From Candidatus Oxydemutator sp. (GTDB lineage Bacteria; Pseudomonadota; Gammaproteobacteria; Poriferisulfidales; Oxydemutatoraceae), in assembly GCA_965203445.1 (NCBI GenBank), contig OZ241883.1, positions 1,600,001 to 1,664,000 on the forward strand: 64,000 nt of DNA, written 5' to 3'. Position numbers and translations under genes: made by a program. The notes beneath the pieces were generated by a model, which saw nothing but the letters and a program-made list of their open reading frames with translations, was not told the DNA's origin and made no database searches. Of the stretch, positions 41,464 through 51,720 are shown in pieces; the stretch's first letter is position 1, and every line of letters starts with the position of its first letter.

Positions 41464-42427
41464 CGTCGATCCTCTCAGCCAGCGCGTCTATCACCATCCC
41501 GCAGACGTCGACGCCGCGCTCGCGCTCGATCTCGCGCGCGCAGGTCGGGCTGGTCACGTTGATCTCGGTCAGGTGGCCGGCGATGACGTCTATGCCGACG
41601 AACAGTAGCTGCAATTCGGCCAAGCGCGGGGCGATGCGCTCGCACAGACGGCGGTCGTCGTCGTCGAGCGCGACCACGCGGCCGCTGCCGCCGGCGGCTA
41701 TGTTGGCGCGCAGTTCGCCGGCGGCGGGCACGCGCTCGAGCGCGTACAGCACCGGTCGCCCGGCGATCATCAGGATGCGCTTGTCGCCGTCGCGGTAGCG
41801 CGGGATCAGACGTTGCATCAGTATCGTGCGCGTGGAACCGCGCGTCATCGTCTCGATCAGCGTGCGCGCGTTGACGTCGTCGGTGCTCACCCGGAACACC
41901 GACGCGCCGCCCATGTTGTCGAGCGGCTTGACGACGGTGTCGCGGTGGCGCTCGAGAAACGCGCCCAGGCGGCGTGCGTCGCCGCTGACCAGCGTCGGCG
42001 GGGAGTACTCGGGAAACTCCTGCGCCATGATTTTTTCGTTGACGGTGCAGATGCCGCGCGGACGGTTGACGACGACGACGCCGGCGCGCGCGGCGTGCTC
42101 GAGCACCTGGCAGGTGTAGAAATACTCGAGGGTCAGCGGCGGGTCCTTGCGCATCAGCACCGCGTCGAGCGCCGTGAGTTCGATTTCCCGGGCGTCGCCC
42201 GCGAACTCGAACCAGCGCTTTGCGTCGAGCGCCACGCGCAGCTCGCGCGCGCGCGCGCGCGCGTGGCCGTCCGACAGAAACAGGTCGCGCGGCTCGAAGT
42301 ACGACAGCCGCCAGCCTCTTGTCTGCGCCGCGGCCAGCAGCCCCAGGGTGGTGTCCTTGTCGGGATGGATGCCGCTTATCGGATCCATGACGACGCCTAG
42401 GGCGCGTGCGCGGGTGTTTTTGTCCAA
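41447..42427 (-). CDS. gshB: Glutathione synthetase
   Basis: VVMDPI..KDTT, MRKDPP, KPLDNMGG, GDKRIL, RANIAAGG, EINVTSPT. Confidence 0.96.
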   Translation of the reverse strand: MDKNTRARALGVVMDPISGIHPDKDTTLGLLAAAQTRGWRLSYFEPRDLFLSDGHARARARELRVALDAKRWFEFAGDAREIELTALDAVLMRKDPPLTLEYFYTCQVLEHAARAGVVVVNRPRGICTVNEKIMAQEFPEYSPPTLVSGDARRLGAFLERHRDTVVKPLDNMGGASVFRVSTDDVNARTLIETMTRGSTRTILMQRLIPRYRDGDKRILMIAGRPVLYALERVPAAGELRANIAAGGSGRVVALDDDDRRLCERIAPRLAELQLLFVGIDVIAGHLTEINVTSPTCAREIERERGVDVCGMVIDALAERIDDEKHG

Positions 42428-42564
42428 GGGATTGCGTTCGGCTTGTTTGATTGCTTCCTCGGCAATTATATAGGAGCGCCCGGTTCGTGCGTCGCGCCAA
42501 GCTCGTCGAGATTGCGCGCGCCCCGGCGCGCCGGCGCAAGGGACGGGTATAATCGCGTGCTCCG

Positions 42565-44352
42565 ATGGAGTGCATCCGCAATTTCTCGATCATCGCGCAC
42601 GTGGACCACGGCAAATCCACGCTGGCGGACCGTTTCATCGAGTCGTGCGGCAGCCTGCACCGGCGCAAGTTGGAGCAGCAGGTGCTGGACTCGATGGACA
42701 TCGAGCGCGAGCGCGGCATCACCATCAAGGCGCAGGCGGTGTCGCTCGAATACCGCGCCGCCGACGGGCGCGCCTACCAGCTGAATCTGATTGACACGCC
42801 CGGCCACGTGGACTTCAGCTACGAGGTGTCGCGCTCGCTGTCGGCGTGCGAAGGCGCGCTGCTCGTCGTGGACGCGGCGCAGGGCGTCGAGGCGCAGAGC
42901 ATCGCCAACTGCTACAGCGCGCTCGAGCACGACCTCGAAGTGCTGCCGGTGCTGAACAAAATTGACCTGCCGGCGGCGGACGCGCCGCGCGCCGCGCGCG
43001 AGATCGCCGATCTGATCGGCCTGGACGCCGCCGCCAGCCTGGTCAGCGCGCGTACCGGCGAGGGTGTGTCCGAGTTGCTCGAGCGCGTCGTCGCCGAAGT
43101 GCCATCGCCACGCGGCGACCCGGACGCACCGCTGAAGGCGCTGATCATAGATTCCTGGTTCGACCCCTACGTCGGCGTCGTCGTTCTGGTGCGCATAGTG
43201 GACGGGCGCCTGGCGCGGCGCGACCGCGTCATGGCGATGGCCAGCGGTGCGGTGCACCAGGTCGAGAAGGTCGGCGTGTTCACGCCGGCGCGCGTGGACA
43301 AGCAGGCGCTCGAGGCCGGCGAGGTCGGCTTCGTCGTGGCCGGCGTCAAGGACGTCGCCTCGGCGCGCGTCGGCGACACGCTGACCCTGGCCGGGCGTCC
43401 GGCGGCGGCGCCGTTGTCCGGTTTCGAGCGCGTCACGCCGCGCGTGTTCGCGGGTCTCTACCCGTCCGACTCCGACGACTACAAGGAGTTGCGCGAGGCC
43501 CTCACAAAGTTGAGTCTGAACGACGCCTCGCTGCAATGGGAGCCGGAGACCTCGCGCGCGCTGGGTTTCGGTTTTCGCTGCGGCTTCCTCGGCATGCTGC
43601 ACATGGAGGTCGTGCAGGAGCGCCTGGAACGCGAATACGGGCGCGATCTGGTGACCACGGCGCCGACGGTCACCTATCGCGTGCACGTCGCCGGCGGCGA
43701 CGTCATCCGCGTGCACAACCCCGACGGCCTGCCCGAGGCGGGCCGCATCCAGCGCATCGAGGAGCCGATGATAGCGGCGACGATACTGGCGCCGAAGGAA
43801 TACATCGGCGTGGTCATCGGTCTGTGCGTCGAAAAGCGCGGCGTGCACAAGCGCATCCAGTACGCCGGCGCGGCCGCGGTGCTCGAATTCGAGCTGCCGC
43901 TGAACGAGGTCGTGTTCGATTTCTTCGACAGGCTGAAGTCGCTGACGCGCGGCTTTGCGTCGTTCGACTACCACCCGTCGGGCTACGCCGAGGCGCCGCT
44001 GGTGCGCCTCGACGTGCTGATCAACGGCGAGCGCGTGGACGCGCTGTCGACCATCGTCCACAAGGACAACGCGGCGCGCTTGGGGCGCGCGCTGGTCGAG
44101 AAGATGCGCGACCTGATTCCGCGCCAGATGTTCGACGTCGCGTTGCAGGCGGCGGTCGGCGCGCGCGTCATCGCGCGCGCGACCGCCAAGGCGCTGCGCA
44201 AGAACGTCACCGCCAAGTGTTACGGCGGCGACGTCACGCGCAAGCGCAAATTGCTCGAAAAACAGAAAGCCGGCAAGAAGCGCATGAAGCGCATCGGCAA
44301 AGTCGCGGTGCCGCAGGAGGCGTTCCTTGCGGTGTTGCGCGTCGAACGATGA
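42565..44352 (+). CDS. lepA: Elongation factor 4
   Basis: [59 protein letters not shown]. Confidence 0.98.
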   Translation: MECIRNFSIIAHVDHGKSTLADRFIESCGSLHRRKLEQQVLDSMDIERERGITIKAQAVSLEYRAADGRAYQLNLIDTPGHVDFSYEVSRSLSACEGALLVVDAAQGVEAQSIANCYSALEHDLEVLPVLNKIDLPAADAPRAAREIADLIGLDAAASLVSARTGEGVSELLERVVAEVPSPRGDPDAPLKALIIDSWFDPYVGVVVLVRIVDGRLARRDRVMAMASGAVHQVEKVGVFTPARVDKQALEAGEVGFVVAGVKDVASARVGDTLTLAGRPAAAPLSGFERVTPRVFAGLYPSDSDDYKELREALTKLSLNDASLQWEPETSRALGFGFRCGFLGMLHMEVVQERLEREYGRDLVTTAPTVTYRVHVAGGDVIRVHNPDGLPEAGRIQRIEEPMIAATILAPKEYIGVVIGLCVEKRGVHKRIQYAGAAAVLEFELPLNEVVFDFFDRLKSLTRGFASFDYHPSGYAEAPLVRLDVLINGERVDALSTIVHKDNAARLGRALVEKMRDLIPRQMFDVALQAAVGARVIARATAKALRKNVTAKCYGGDVTRKRKLLEKQKAGKKRMKRIGKVAVPQEAFLAVLRVER

Positions 44353-45266
44353 GCGCGCGCGCCGCCTGCCTGCTGTTCGCGGTGCTGGCCGGCGCGCCGC
44401 CGGCGGGCGCCGACGTCGTCGTCGTGACGCTGCTCGGCACCGGCACGCCGCGCCCGCAGATGGATCGCTTCGGGGCCGCGGTGCTGGTCGAGGCCGGCGC
44501 CGACAAACTGCTGTTCGACGCCGGGCGCGGCGTCGCCCAGCGCCTGCTGCAAGTGGGCGCCGATTTCGTCGACGTGCGCAAGGTGTTCATTACGCACTTG
44601 CATTACGACCACGTCGTCGGCTTGCCGGACCTGCTGCTGACCGGCTGGATCTACGGGCGCGCGCATGCGCTCGAGGTATCGGGGCCGGCGGGCGTCGCGG
44701 CCCACGTCAAGCACCTGCGTCTGGCCTACGACGAGGACATCCGGCTGCGCCTGCGCCACACCCGGCTGCCCGCGCGCGGCGGCGAATTTGTGGCCCGCGA
44801 AATCACCCCCGGCGTCGCCTACCGCGAAGGCGACCTGAAAGTGACGGCGTTTGCGGTCGACCACGGCGTCGTCGAACCCGCCTTCGGCTACCGCGTGGAT
44901 TACCGCGGGCGCTCGCTCGTCGTCTCCGGCGACACGACGTACTCGCAAAATCTCGTCGCGCACGCGCGCGGCGTGGATCTGCTGGTGCACGAGGTTGCGA
45001 CCGCCAGCGCCGCGCTGCTACGCGCCAACCCGCGTCTGCGACGGGTGCTCGACTACCACGCGACGCCGCACGAGGTGGCGCGCGTGCTGCGCGAGGCCGA
45101 GCCGCGTCTGGCGGTGCTGGTGCATCCGCTTTTGTACGGCGTCTCCGAGGAGCAGGCGTCGGCGGCGGTCGGCGACGGCCACGCGGTCGAGGTTTTGTTC
45201 GGCGAGGATCGCATGGCGATAGACGTCGGCGAGCGCCTGCGCGTCTATCGCCGCCCCGGGTTCTGA
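44349..45266 (+). CDS. Exported MBL-fold hydrolase (RNase Z/arylsulfatase AtsA-like)
   Basis: Signal-like N-terminus; [30 protein letters not shown]. The ATG overlaps the lepA stop. Confidence 0.85.
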   Translation: MSARAACLLFAVLAGAPPAGADVVVVTLLGTGTPRPQMDRFGAAVLVEAGADKLLFDAGRGVAQRLLQVGADFVDVRKVFITHLHYDHVVGLPDLLLTGWIYGRAHALEVSGPAGVAAHVKHLRLAYDEDIRLRLRHTRLPARGGEFVAREITPGVAYREGDLKVTAFAVDHGVVEPAFGYRVDYRGRSLVVSGDTTYSQNLVAHARGVDLLVHEVATASAALLRANPRLRRVLDYHATPHEVARVLREAEPRLAVLVHPLLYGVSEEQASAAVGDGHAVEVLFGEDRMAIDVGERLRVYRRPGF

Positions 45267-45270
45267 CGCC

Positions 45271-46125
45271 GTGACCACCGACGCCCCGTTCGCGTCGCGG
45301 CGCCCGCGTCTGATGGGTATTTTGAATCTGACGCCGGACAGTTTCTCCGACGGCGGCCTTTACAACGACGCCGCCAAGGCGCTGGCGCGCGCGGGCGAGA
45401 TGATCGGGCAGGGCGCCGAGATTATCGACGTCGGCGGCGAGTCCACGCGCCCCGGCGCCGCGCGCGTCGTCGCGTCCGAGCAGAAGTCGCGCGTGCTCGA
45501 GACCGTGGCCGCGCTGGCGGCGCGCCATCCGCGCTGCCTCGTCAGCATAGACACGACGCTGGCCGAGGTCGCCGAAGCCGCGCTCGACGCCGGCGCCGGC
45601 ATGATCAACGACGTTTCGGCCGGGCGCTGCGATGCGCGCATGATCGAGCTGGCGGCGGCGCGGCGCGTGCCGATCTGCCTGATGCACATGCAAAACGATC
45701 CGGCCACGATGCAGGACGATCCGCGCTACGACGACGTCGTCGCCGAGGTGCGCGCGTTTCTCGACGAGCGCGCCGCGCACGCCGTCGCGCGCGGCGTCGC
45801 GCGCGACAACGTGGTGCTCGATCCCGGCATCGGCTTCGGCAAGACGACCGCGCACAACCTCGCGCTGATCAACCACTTGGGCGCGTTCACCGCGCTCGGC
45901 TACCCGGTGTTGCTCGGCACCAGCCGCAAGCGCTTCATCGGCGAGGCCTGCGCCGCCGGCGCCACCGGCGCGCCCGTCGAAGGCCCCGCCGGGCGCGTCG
46001 CCGCCGGCGTCGCCACGACCGTGCTCGGCGTGCAGGCCGGCGTTCGCATCTTCCGCGTGCACGACGTCTGGCAGCACCGCCAGGCGCTGCACCTGATGGG
46101 CGCGCTCGGCGCGAGCGCGCGATGA
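45271..46125 (+). CDS. folP: Dihydropteroate synthase
   Basis: MGILNLTPDSFSDGG, DVGGESTRPGA, DPGIGFGK, SRKRF, RVHDV. Confidence 0.96.
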   Translation: MTTDAPFASRRPRLMGILNLTPDSFSDGGLYNDAAKALARAGEMIGQGAEIIDVGGESTRPGAARVVASEQKSRVLETVAALAARHPRCLVSIDTTLAEVAEAALDAGAGMINDVSAGRCDARMIELAAARRVPICLMHMQNDPATMQDDPRYDDVVAEVRAFLDERAAHAVARGVARDNVVLDPGIGFGKTTAHNLALINHLGAFTALGYPVLLGTSRKRFIGEACAAGATGAPVEGPAGRVAAGVATTVLGVQAGVRIFRVHDVWQHRQALHLMGALGASAR

Positions 46126-46994
46126 GAGTCCTGTCCGTCGCCGATCGCTACGACGACCATCCCGAGGAACTGCTGATCACGGTGTCGCGCGTCAAGGACG
46201 CCTCGTGCCTGTATCGCTACTACAAGAACTACGTCGAGAGGCCCAGGCGCGAGCAGGCGTTTGTCAGTATCGAGAACGGCGTCGGCAGTTTTTTTCACGC
46301 CTACGTCGAGGACTGGTTCAAAGCCGTCGCCGCGCGCGGCGGCGTCATCGCCGATGGCGACGCGCTCGACGTGGACGACCTCGTGCGCCGCTTTCGCCTG
46401 GCTTTCCTATGGCGGGGCGAGTTGCGCGCGCCGTATCGGATCGTGCGCCACGGCGCTTGTTTCGACGACTTCGTCGCGCGTCTGCAAGCCGTCGCCCGCC
46501 ATTTCAACGAGTTTTTGCCGCGCCACCTCGCCGGCTGCGAAGTGGTCGCGGTCGAGGGCGCGCTGCAAATCCGCACCGACTCGCTCTACGTGCGCGGCAA
46601 ATACGACCTGATCTCGCGCGCCGCCGACGGGCGCCTGATGTTATGGGATTGGAAGAGCGGACGCCTGCCGAAGGCCGAATACCACGATGATTATCTGCAT
46701 CAGAAAGTGCAGCTCGGCATTTACGCGACCTGGATGCGCCATAAGTTCGGCACTTCCGAGGTCGAGGGCGCCGCGGTGTTTCTGCGCGACGCCCCGCGCT
46801 GTCTGTCGGAGGCGTTCACGCCCGAGGTCGAGCGCATGGTGCTCGACTACCTGCATACCCGCAGGGAGCGCTTGAATCGCGTCACAACGTGGCCGCCGTC
46901 GCCGAGCGCGTTGTGCGACTGGTGCGGCTGGAAGCCGGCGTGCCCGGCGTTTGCGAACGAACGAGACGGCCCTCCGAATCCCCCGAATCCGTAA
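46122..46994 (+). CDS. Stand-alone RecB/AddB/Cas4-like PD-(D/E)XK nuclease with Fe-S cysteines
   Basis: S....C...Y at the N-terminus, G..FH, E..L..RGKYDLI..DWKSG, QL.IY, C-terminal CDWCGWKPAC. Confidence 0.8.
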   Translation: MRVLSVADRYDDHPEELLITVSRVKDASCLYRYYKNYVERPRREQAFVSIENGVGSFFHAYVEDWFKAVAARGGVIADGDALDVDDLVRRFRLAFLWRGELRAPYRIVRHGACFDDFVARLQAVARHFNEFLPRHLAGCEVVAVEGALQIRTDSLYVRGKYDLISRAADGRLMLWDWKSGRLPKAEYHDDYLHQKVQLGIYATWMRHKFGTSEVEGAAVFLRDAPRCLSEAFTPEVERMVLDYLHTRRERLNRVTTWPPSPSALCDWCGWKPACPAFANERDGPPNPPNP

Positions 46995-47045
46995 CACGTA
47001 AACGCGCGCGGCGCGCGCCGCGGGCGCCGCCTCCCCGGTTCGTCC

Positions 47046-48122
47046 TTACGCGTCGCAGGGAATGCAGCGCAGGTGCGTCGTATCGGTGCGCACCTGCTGG
47101 CCGTTCGGCGTCAGTACCGCGTAGCCGTAGTTGTGGGCCAGGGCGACGGCGCCCTCGTCCACGGTCATGCCCGCCACCACCGGCACCAGGGTCTTGCCGT
47201 GCAGTTCCCGCAGCAGGTATCTGGCGTTCGGCATCAGCACCGCGTGCACCTTCTCGACGTCGGTTTCGCGCAGTCTCTGCTTGATCTCGACGATTGCGAC
47301 GAACTTTCCGTTCTCCATCACCAAGTCGTACTCGGCGCGTTTGTCGCGGCGGCGGACTCTGACGTTGGAGCGGATGTCCTCGAACGGTATACCGCCGATG
47401 CCTCGGGCCTTGAGCAACGCCTGATAAAAGAAATCCTCGGCGATCTGCCCCTGGGTTTCACCGATACCGCCGACCATCTTTTTGAGCGCCTCCCACTCTT
47501 TCTGGCGCACTGCTTCCTGTTTGTGCTGTTGCTCCCAGTATTCGGCCGCTGCTTTTTTATATCTGGTCACTGCCTTCTGGTGCTTGGCTGTTTCTCTCTT
47601 GCACTTGGCTGTTTCTCTCTTGCACTTGGCTGTTTCCTCCTTGCACTTTTTGATTTTCGCGTCCAGCTTGGCCATCTTTTTCCGATGGGCTTTCATTTCT
47701 TCCTCGAAGCGCGCGTCGCTTCTGGCGGTCTCGTCTTTGATCGCTTTTATTTCTTTCTCGAAGCGCGCGGTGTTCCTGGCGGTCTCGGCTTCGATTGCCT
47801 TCCTGCTGGCCTCGCTGGCTTTAATGCGCGCGTTGCTCTTGGCGATTTCGGCTTCGATCGCTTTCATTTCTTCCTTGAAGCGCGCGGTGTTCCTGGCGCT
47901 CTTGTCTTTGATCGCTTTCATTTCTTCCTTGAAGCGCGCGGTGTTCCTGGCACTCTTGTCTTTGATCGCTTTCATCTCTTCCTTGAAGCGTGCGTCGCTT
48001 TTGGCGGTTTTGGCCTTGATCGCTTTCATTTCGGCCTCGAAGCGCAAGTCGCGCGCGGCGATTCGCGCGTGGAGTTTCGCGGCGCGATCCAGGTTTCGTT
48101 CTACTCTGTCGAGGATGTCCAT
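47046..48122 (-). CDS. Solo coiled-coil + PD-(D/E)XK nuclease, homolog of the array genes, with a long basic 18-aa/7-aa repeat stalk
   Basis: (ARFKEEMKAIKDKSARNT)n and (KRETAKC)n repeats, then GQIAEDFFYQAL..EYDLVMENG..IVEIK..AHNYGYAVLTPNGQ. Confidence 0.85.
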   Translation of the reverse strand: MDILDRVERNLDRAAKLHARIAARDLRFEAEMKAIKAKTAKSDARFKEEMKAIKDKSARNTARFKEEMKAIKDKSARNTARFKEEMKAIEAEIAKSNARIKASEASRKAIEAETARNTARFEKEIKAIKDETARSDARFEEEMKAHRKKMAKLDAKIKKCKEETAKCKRETAKCKRETAKHQKAVTRYKKAAAEYWEQQHKQEAVRQKEWEALKKMVGGIGETQGQIAEDFFYQALLKARGIGGIPFEDIRSNVRVRRRDKRAEYDLVMENGKFVAIVEIKQRLRETDVEKVHAVLMPNARYLLRELHGKTLVPVVAGMTVDEGAVALAHNYGYAVLTPNGQQVRTDTTHLRCIPCDA

Positions 48123-48128
48123 GGCGAT

Positions 48129-48251
48129 ATTGTACGTCCGAATATGCGATGTGCAAGCGATGACGGGCGCAATTTTGGGCGTAAAATCGTTAATTTATTG
48201 TTGTGATTGGAGAACTCATCCGACGAACGGTTTTGTTACCCGACGGACGGT
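48129..48251 (-). promoter_or_regulatory. Leaderless sigma70 promoter plus tandem AlgR/LytTR-type boxes upstream of the solo nuclease
   Basis: Minus strand: ACCGTCCGTC (48251-48242), ACCGTTCGTC (48231-48222), then TTGCAC - 16 bp - TACAAT - 6 nt - ATG. Confidence 0.6.
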
Positions 48252-48325
48252 ACCGGGCATCGCCGACGTATGGGCAAGGTGGTGGAGGTCGTTATTCGCA
48301 AACGTGTCTGGCGTCGCCCGTTTTT

Positions 48326-49012
48326 TTACCGGATGCCCGCTTCCCCGTTCACGTCGGCGCCGCTGGTTGCATGGTCGCGCAGGGCCTCGAGATAGCCTTC
48401 GACCGCGGCGCGCGGGTCGTCGGCTTGCAGGATTCCGGACGCCGCCGCGATCATTTCGACGCCGCAGCATAGCACCGTACGCGCGTTGTCGGGACGGATG
48501 CCTCCGATCGCGCACACCGGCAGCGGCGAGCGCGCGGCGAGCGCGCGCAGCACGTCCGGCGCGACGTGCGCCGCGTGCGGTTTCGTCGGGGACGCGAACA
48601 CCGCGCCGAAGGCCACGTAGTCGGCGCCGTCGCGCGCGGCTTGTTGCGCGCGCGTTCCCGATCCATAGCACGATACGCCGATCAGCCGGTCGCGGCCCAA
48701 GTACTCGCGCGCGTGCGCCGGCGGCGCGTCGTCGCGCCCCAGATGGACGCCGTCGGCGCCGATTGCGCGCGCCAGTTCGACGTCGTCGTTGACGATGAAC
48801 GGCACGCCCACGCGGGCGCACGCGGATTGCAGCGACGCGGCCTGCGCGCGCCGGCCCGTGCCGCGCGCGCGCGCGGCGTCGCGCTTGCAACGGTATTGGA
48901 CGAGCGCGACGCCGGCTGCGAGCAACGGCTCGACGGCGTCGCCGGGGTCGCGCGCCGGCAGCAGCGCGGCGTCGGCGATCAGATACAGTCCGCGCAACGG
49001 CGCGCGCGTCAT
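48326..49012 (-). CDS. thiE: Thiamine-phosphate synthase
   Basis: RGLYLI, VQYR.K, FIVNDD, ADGVHLG, IGVSCY, ADYVAFGAVF.S.TKP, AIGGI. Confidence 0.93.
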   Translation of the reverse strand: MTRAPLRGLYLIADAALLPARDPGDAVEPLLAAGVALVQYRCKRDAARARGTGRRAQAASLQSACARVGVPFIVNDDVELARAIGADGVHLGRDDAPPAHAREYLGRDRLIGVSCYGSGTRAQQAARDGADYVAFGAVFASPTKPHAAHVAPDVLRALAARSPLPVCAIGGIRPDNARTVLCCGVEMIAAASGILQADDPRAAVEGYLEALRDHATSGADVNGEAGIR

Positions 49013-49785
49013 CGCCCGCCGTGATCGGGGCGCGGGTTGCCGCGCGCCGGTATCGGTGCCCGTGCCAGACAGCGCCAGGTGTATTCGTGCGCGCGCCGCA
49101 CCGCGCGCGCCGTCGGCGTGGCGCGCGCGAGTTCGACCGCGAGCGCGCTCGACAGCGTGCAGCCGCTGCCGTGGTAGCGGTGCGGCAGCCGCCTGCACGT
49201 GATCGCCAGCGGCTTGTCGTCGGCGCGGTACAGACGATGTTCCAGGCGCTCGCCGTTTTTGGCCGCGCCGGTGATCAGCACCGCGCCGCAACCGTCTCGC
49301 AACACGTGCGCCGCGGCGGCATCGGCGTTACGCGCGCCCGGCGCCAGGCGCATCGCCTCGGCGAGGTTCGGGGTCGCGACGTCGGCGCGCGGCAGCAGGC
49401 GCCGCAAGATGCTTTGCGTGGTCTGGTCGTCGCAGAACACGTAGCCGCCTCCGGCCGCCAGCACCGGATCGAGCACCACCTTCGCGGGCGGCAGCGCGGC
49501 CAACGCACGGGCGATTGCCTCGACGATGGCCGGCGTCGGCGTCAGGCCGATTTTGACGGCGTCTATCGAGTGGTGCGCGGCCAGTTCCTCGATGCGCGCA
49601 CACACCGCGCCGGCGTCGGCGGCCTCGCACGAGTAGGCGTCTATGCTGTCCTGTTCGGTGTCGCAAGTGACTACCTCGAGCGCGCGCGCGCCCAAGGCGG
49701 CGATGGTCTCGACGTCGGCGCGGATGCCGGCGCCGCCGCCGGGGTCGCGGCCGGCGACGGCAAGTATGGTCGGGTGCGTGTCCAT
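49009..49785 (-). CDS. thiD: Hydroxymethylpyrimidine/phosphomethylpyrimidine kinase
   Basis: AG.DPGGGAGI.AD, KIG, VLDPVL, TPNLAEA, YHGSGCTLSSA. Confidence 0.92.
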   Translation of the reverse strand: MDTHPTILAVAGRDPGGGAGIRADVETIAALGARALEVVTCDTEQDSIDAYSCEAADAGAVCARIEELAAHHSIDAVKIGLTPTPAIVEAIARALAALPPAKVVLDPVLAAGGGYVFCDDQTTQSILRRLLPRADVATPNLAEAMRLAPGARNADAAAAHVLRDGCGAVLITGAAKNGERLEHRLYRADDKPLAITCRRLPHRYHGSGCTLSSALAVELARATPTARAVRRAHEYTWRCLARAPIPARGNPRPDHGGR

Positions 49786-49844
49786 CGCGGCGCTCGCGGA
49801 TATAATAGCAAGAAGCGGCGCGCCGGCGCGCCGCGAACCCGGCT

Positions 49845-50018
49845 ATGCAATACAAGAGATACATGTGCGTCGTATGCGGCTACGTGTACGACGAGGAGCG
49901 GGGCGCGCCCGAGGACGGGCTTGCGCCGGGCACGCGCTGGGACGACGTGCCGTGGAACTGGGTATGCCCCGAGTGCGGCGCCGCGAAGTCCGATTTCGAG
50001 ATGATCGAGGTGGAGTGA
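49845..50018 (+). CDS. Rubredoxin (57 aa; below the ORF-track cutoff)
   Basis: [57 protein letters not shown], with two CxxC motifs. Confidence 0.95.
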   Translation: MQYKRYMCVVCGYVYDEERGAPEDGLAPGTRWDDVPWNWVCPECGAAKSDFEMIEVE

Positions 50019-50022
50019 GACG

Positions 50023-50961
50023 ATGACGGTGCTGGTGTGCGGCTCGTGCGCCTTCGACAACATCATGGTGTTCGAGGACCGCTTCAAGAACCACATTCTG
50101 CCCGACCGCCTGCACGTGCTGAACGTCTCGTTCCTGGTGCCGCGCATGCGCCAGCAGTTCGGCGGCTGTGCCGGCAACATCTGCTACAACCTGGCGCTGC
50201 TCGGTTGCGACGCGCGGCCGATGGCGACCGTCGGCAGGGACTTCGGCGAATACGCCGCGTGGATGGACAAAAACGGCGTAAGCCGCCGCTATCTGCTGGC
50301 CATCGAGGACGAGTACACGGCGCGCGCGTTTATCGTAACCGACCTCGACGACAACCAGATCACCGCGTTTCACCCGGGCGCGATGGAGCACTGCCACCGC
50401 AATCGCGTATCCGCAAACGACGGTGTCGAGATCGGCCTGGTGTCGCCGGAGACGCGCGTCGGCATGATGCAGCACGCGCGCGAGTTCAACGACGCCGGCG
50501 TTCCGTTTTTGTTCGATCCGGGGCAGGGCACGACCTTGTTTACGGCCGCGGAGCTGGCCGATTTGATCGACCGCGCCGAGTGGCTCGCGTGCAACGACTA
50601 CGAGGCGCGCGTCATCGCCGAGCGCACCGGCTGGACGACGGCGCAACTGGCGGCGCGGGTACGCGCGCTCATTATCACCCGAGGCGGCGAGGGTTCCGCC
50701 CTCTACGCCGACGGCAAGACGTTCGAGATTCCGGTGGTGCGCGCCGGGCGGATCGTCGACCCGACCGGCTGCGGCGACGCCTACCGCGCCGGACTGATCT
50801 ACGGCCTCGTACACGGCCTCGACTGGGAGACGAGCGGGCGCGTCGCGTCGCTGCTGGGAGCGATCAAGGTGGGCTGCCGCGGCGGCCAGAACCACCGCTT
50901 GTCCGGGCAGGAACTCGAGCAGCGTTTCGCCGAGGAGTTCGGCTACCGCATCGCGTCGTAG
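50023..50961 (+). CDS. PfkB-family carbohydrate/nucleoside (adenosine-type) kinase
   Basis: GGCAGNI.YNL, DNQITAFHPGAM, FDPGQ, NDYE, DPTGCGDAYRAG. Confidence 0.9.
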   Translation: MTVLVCGSCAFDNIMVFEDRFKNHILPDRLHVLNVSFLVPRMRQQFGGCAGNICYNLALLGCDARPMATVGRDFGEYAAWMDKNGVSRRYLLAIEDEYTARAFIVTDLDDNQITAFHPGAMEHCHRNRVSANDGVEIGLVSPETRVGMMQHAREFNDAGVPFLFDPGQGTTLFTAAELADLIDRAEWLACNDYEARVIAERTGWTTAQLAARVRALIITRGGEGSALYADGKTFEIPVVRAGRIVDPTGCGDAYRAGLIYGLVHGLDWETSGRVASLLGAIKVGCRGGQNHRLSGQELEQRFAEEFGYRIAS

Positions 50962-50977
50962 CGCGTCCGCCGCGGCG

Positions 50978-51685
50978 CTATTCCGCCCCGGTGTCCTCGG
51001 GCGCCGGCGACGCCAGATTCCCGCGCTCGCCGCGCCGCAGCGACAGCATCGGCCAGCCGCGCCGCGCGGCGTGTTCGCGCAACTCGTCGTCGCCGTCCAC
51101 GACGACCGGCTTGTCGACCCATTCGAGCGTCGCCAGGTCGTTGATCGAGTCGCTGTAGAACCAGCTGCGCCGATACGCCGGGCGCTGCCGCTCGCACCAG
51201 CGGCGCACGCGTTGCAACTTGCCTTCGCGGAAACACGGCGCGCCGCGCACGCGCCCGCTGAAACGCGCGCCGACGATTTCCGCTTGCGTCGCGATCAGGT
51301 CGTCGGCGTCGAGCAGGCGCGCGATCGGTTCGGTCACGAACGCGTTGGTCGAGGTCGCGATGACCGCGAGGTCGCCGCGTTCGTGGTGGCGTTCGATCAG
51401 CGCGCGCGCGCGCGGCGCGACGATGGGTTTGATCTTGTCGGCGACGAAGCGGCGGCGCCAGGCAAGCAGCGTGCTCATGTCGTTGTCCGCCAGCGGTCGT
51501 AACGCAAAGCGCAGGTATTCGTCAATATCGAGTCGCCCGGCCTCGTAATCGCGGTAGAACGCGAGGTTGCGCGCCTCGAAGCGGTCGCGCTCGACGGCGC
51601 CGATCTCGCACAGGAACCGCCCCCACAGATAGTCGCTGTCGCCGGCGAGCAGCGTGTCGTCCAGATCAAACAGCGCGAGATCCAT
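50978..51685 (-). CDS. HAD-IB family phosphatase (SerB/histidinol-phosphatase-like)
   Basis: FDLDDTLL.GDSD, FREGK, FYSDSINDL. Confidence 0.9.
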   Translation of the reverse strand: MDLALFDLDDTLLAGDSDYLWGRFLCEIGAVERDRFEARNLAFYRDYEAGRLDIDEYLRFALRPLADNDMSTLLAWRRRFVADKIKPIVAPRARALIERHHERGDLAVIATSTNAFVTEPIARLLDADDLIATQAEIVGARFSGRVRGAPCFREGKLQRVRRWCERQRPAYRRSWFYSDSINDLATLEWVDKPVVVDGDDELREHAARRGWPMLSLRRGERGNLASPAPEDTGAE

Positions 51686-51691
51686 AACGGC

Positions 51692-51712
51692 ATTATAGCG
51701 GTGGTCTATAAT
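51692..51712. promoter_or_regulatory. Back-to-back -10 boxes (bidirectional, leaderless promoters)
   Basis: ATTATA at 51692-51697 lies 6 nt from the HAD start; TATAAT at 51707-51712 lies 8 nt from the GT start; the intergenic gap is 35 bp. Confidence 0.65.
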
Positions 51713-51720
51713 CGCCCGGC

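Noticed and set aside
46122-46994. Cas4 belonging to the edge CRISPR array
   Set aside because: It is 17 kb away with no cas1/cas2 neighbours, and type I-E systems normally lack Cas4.
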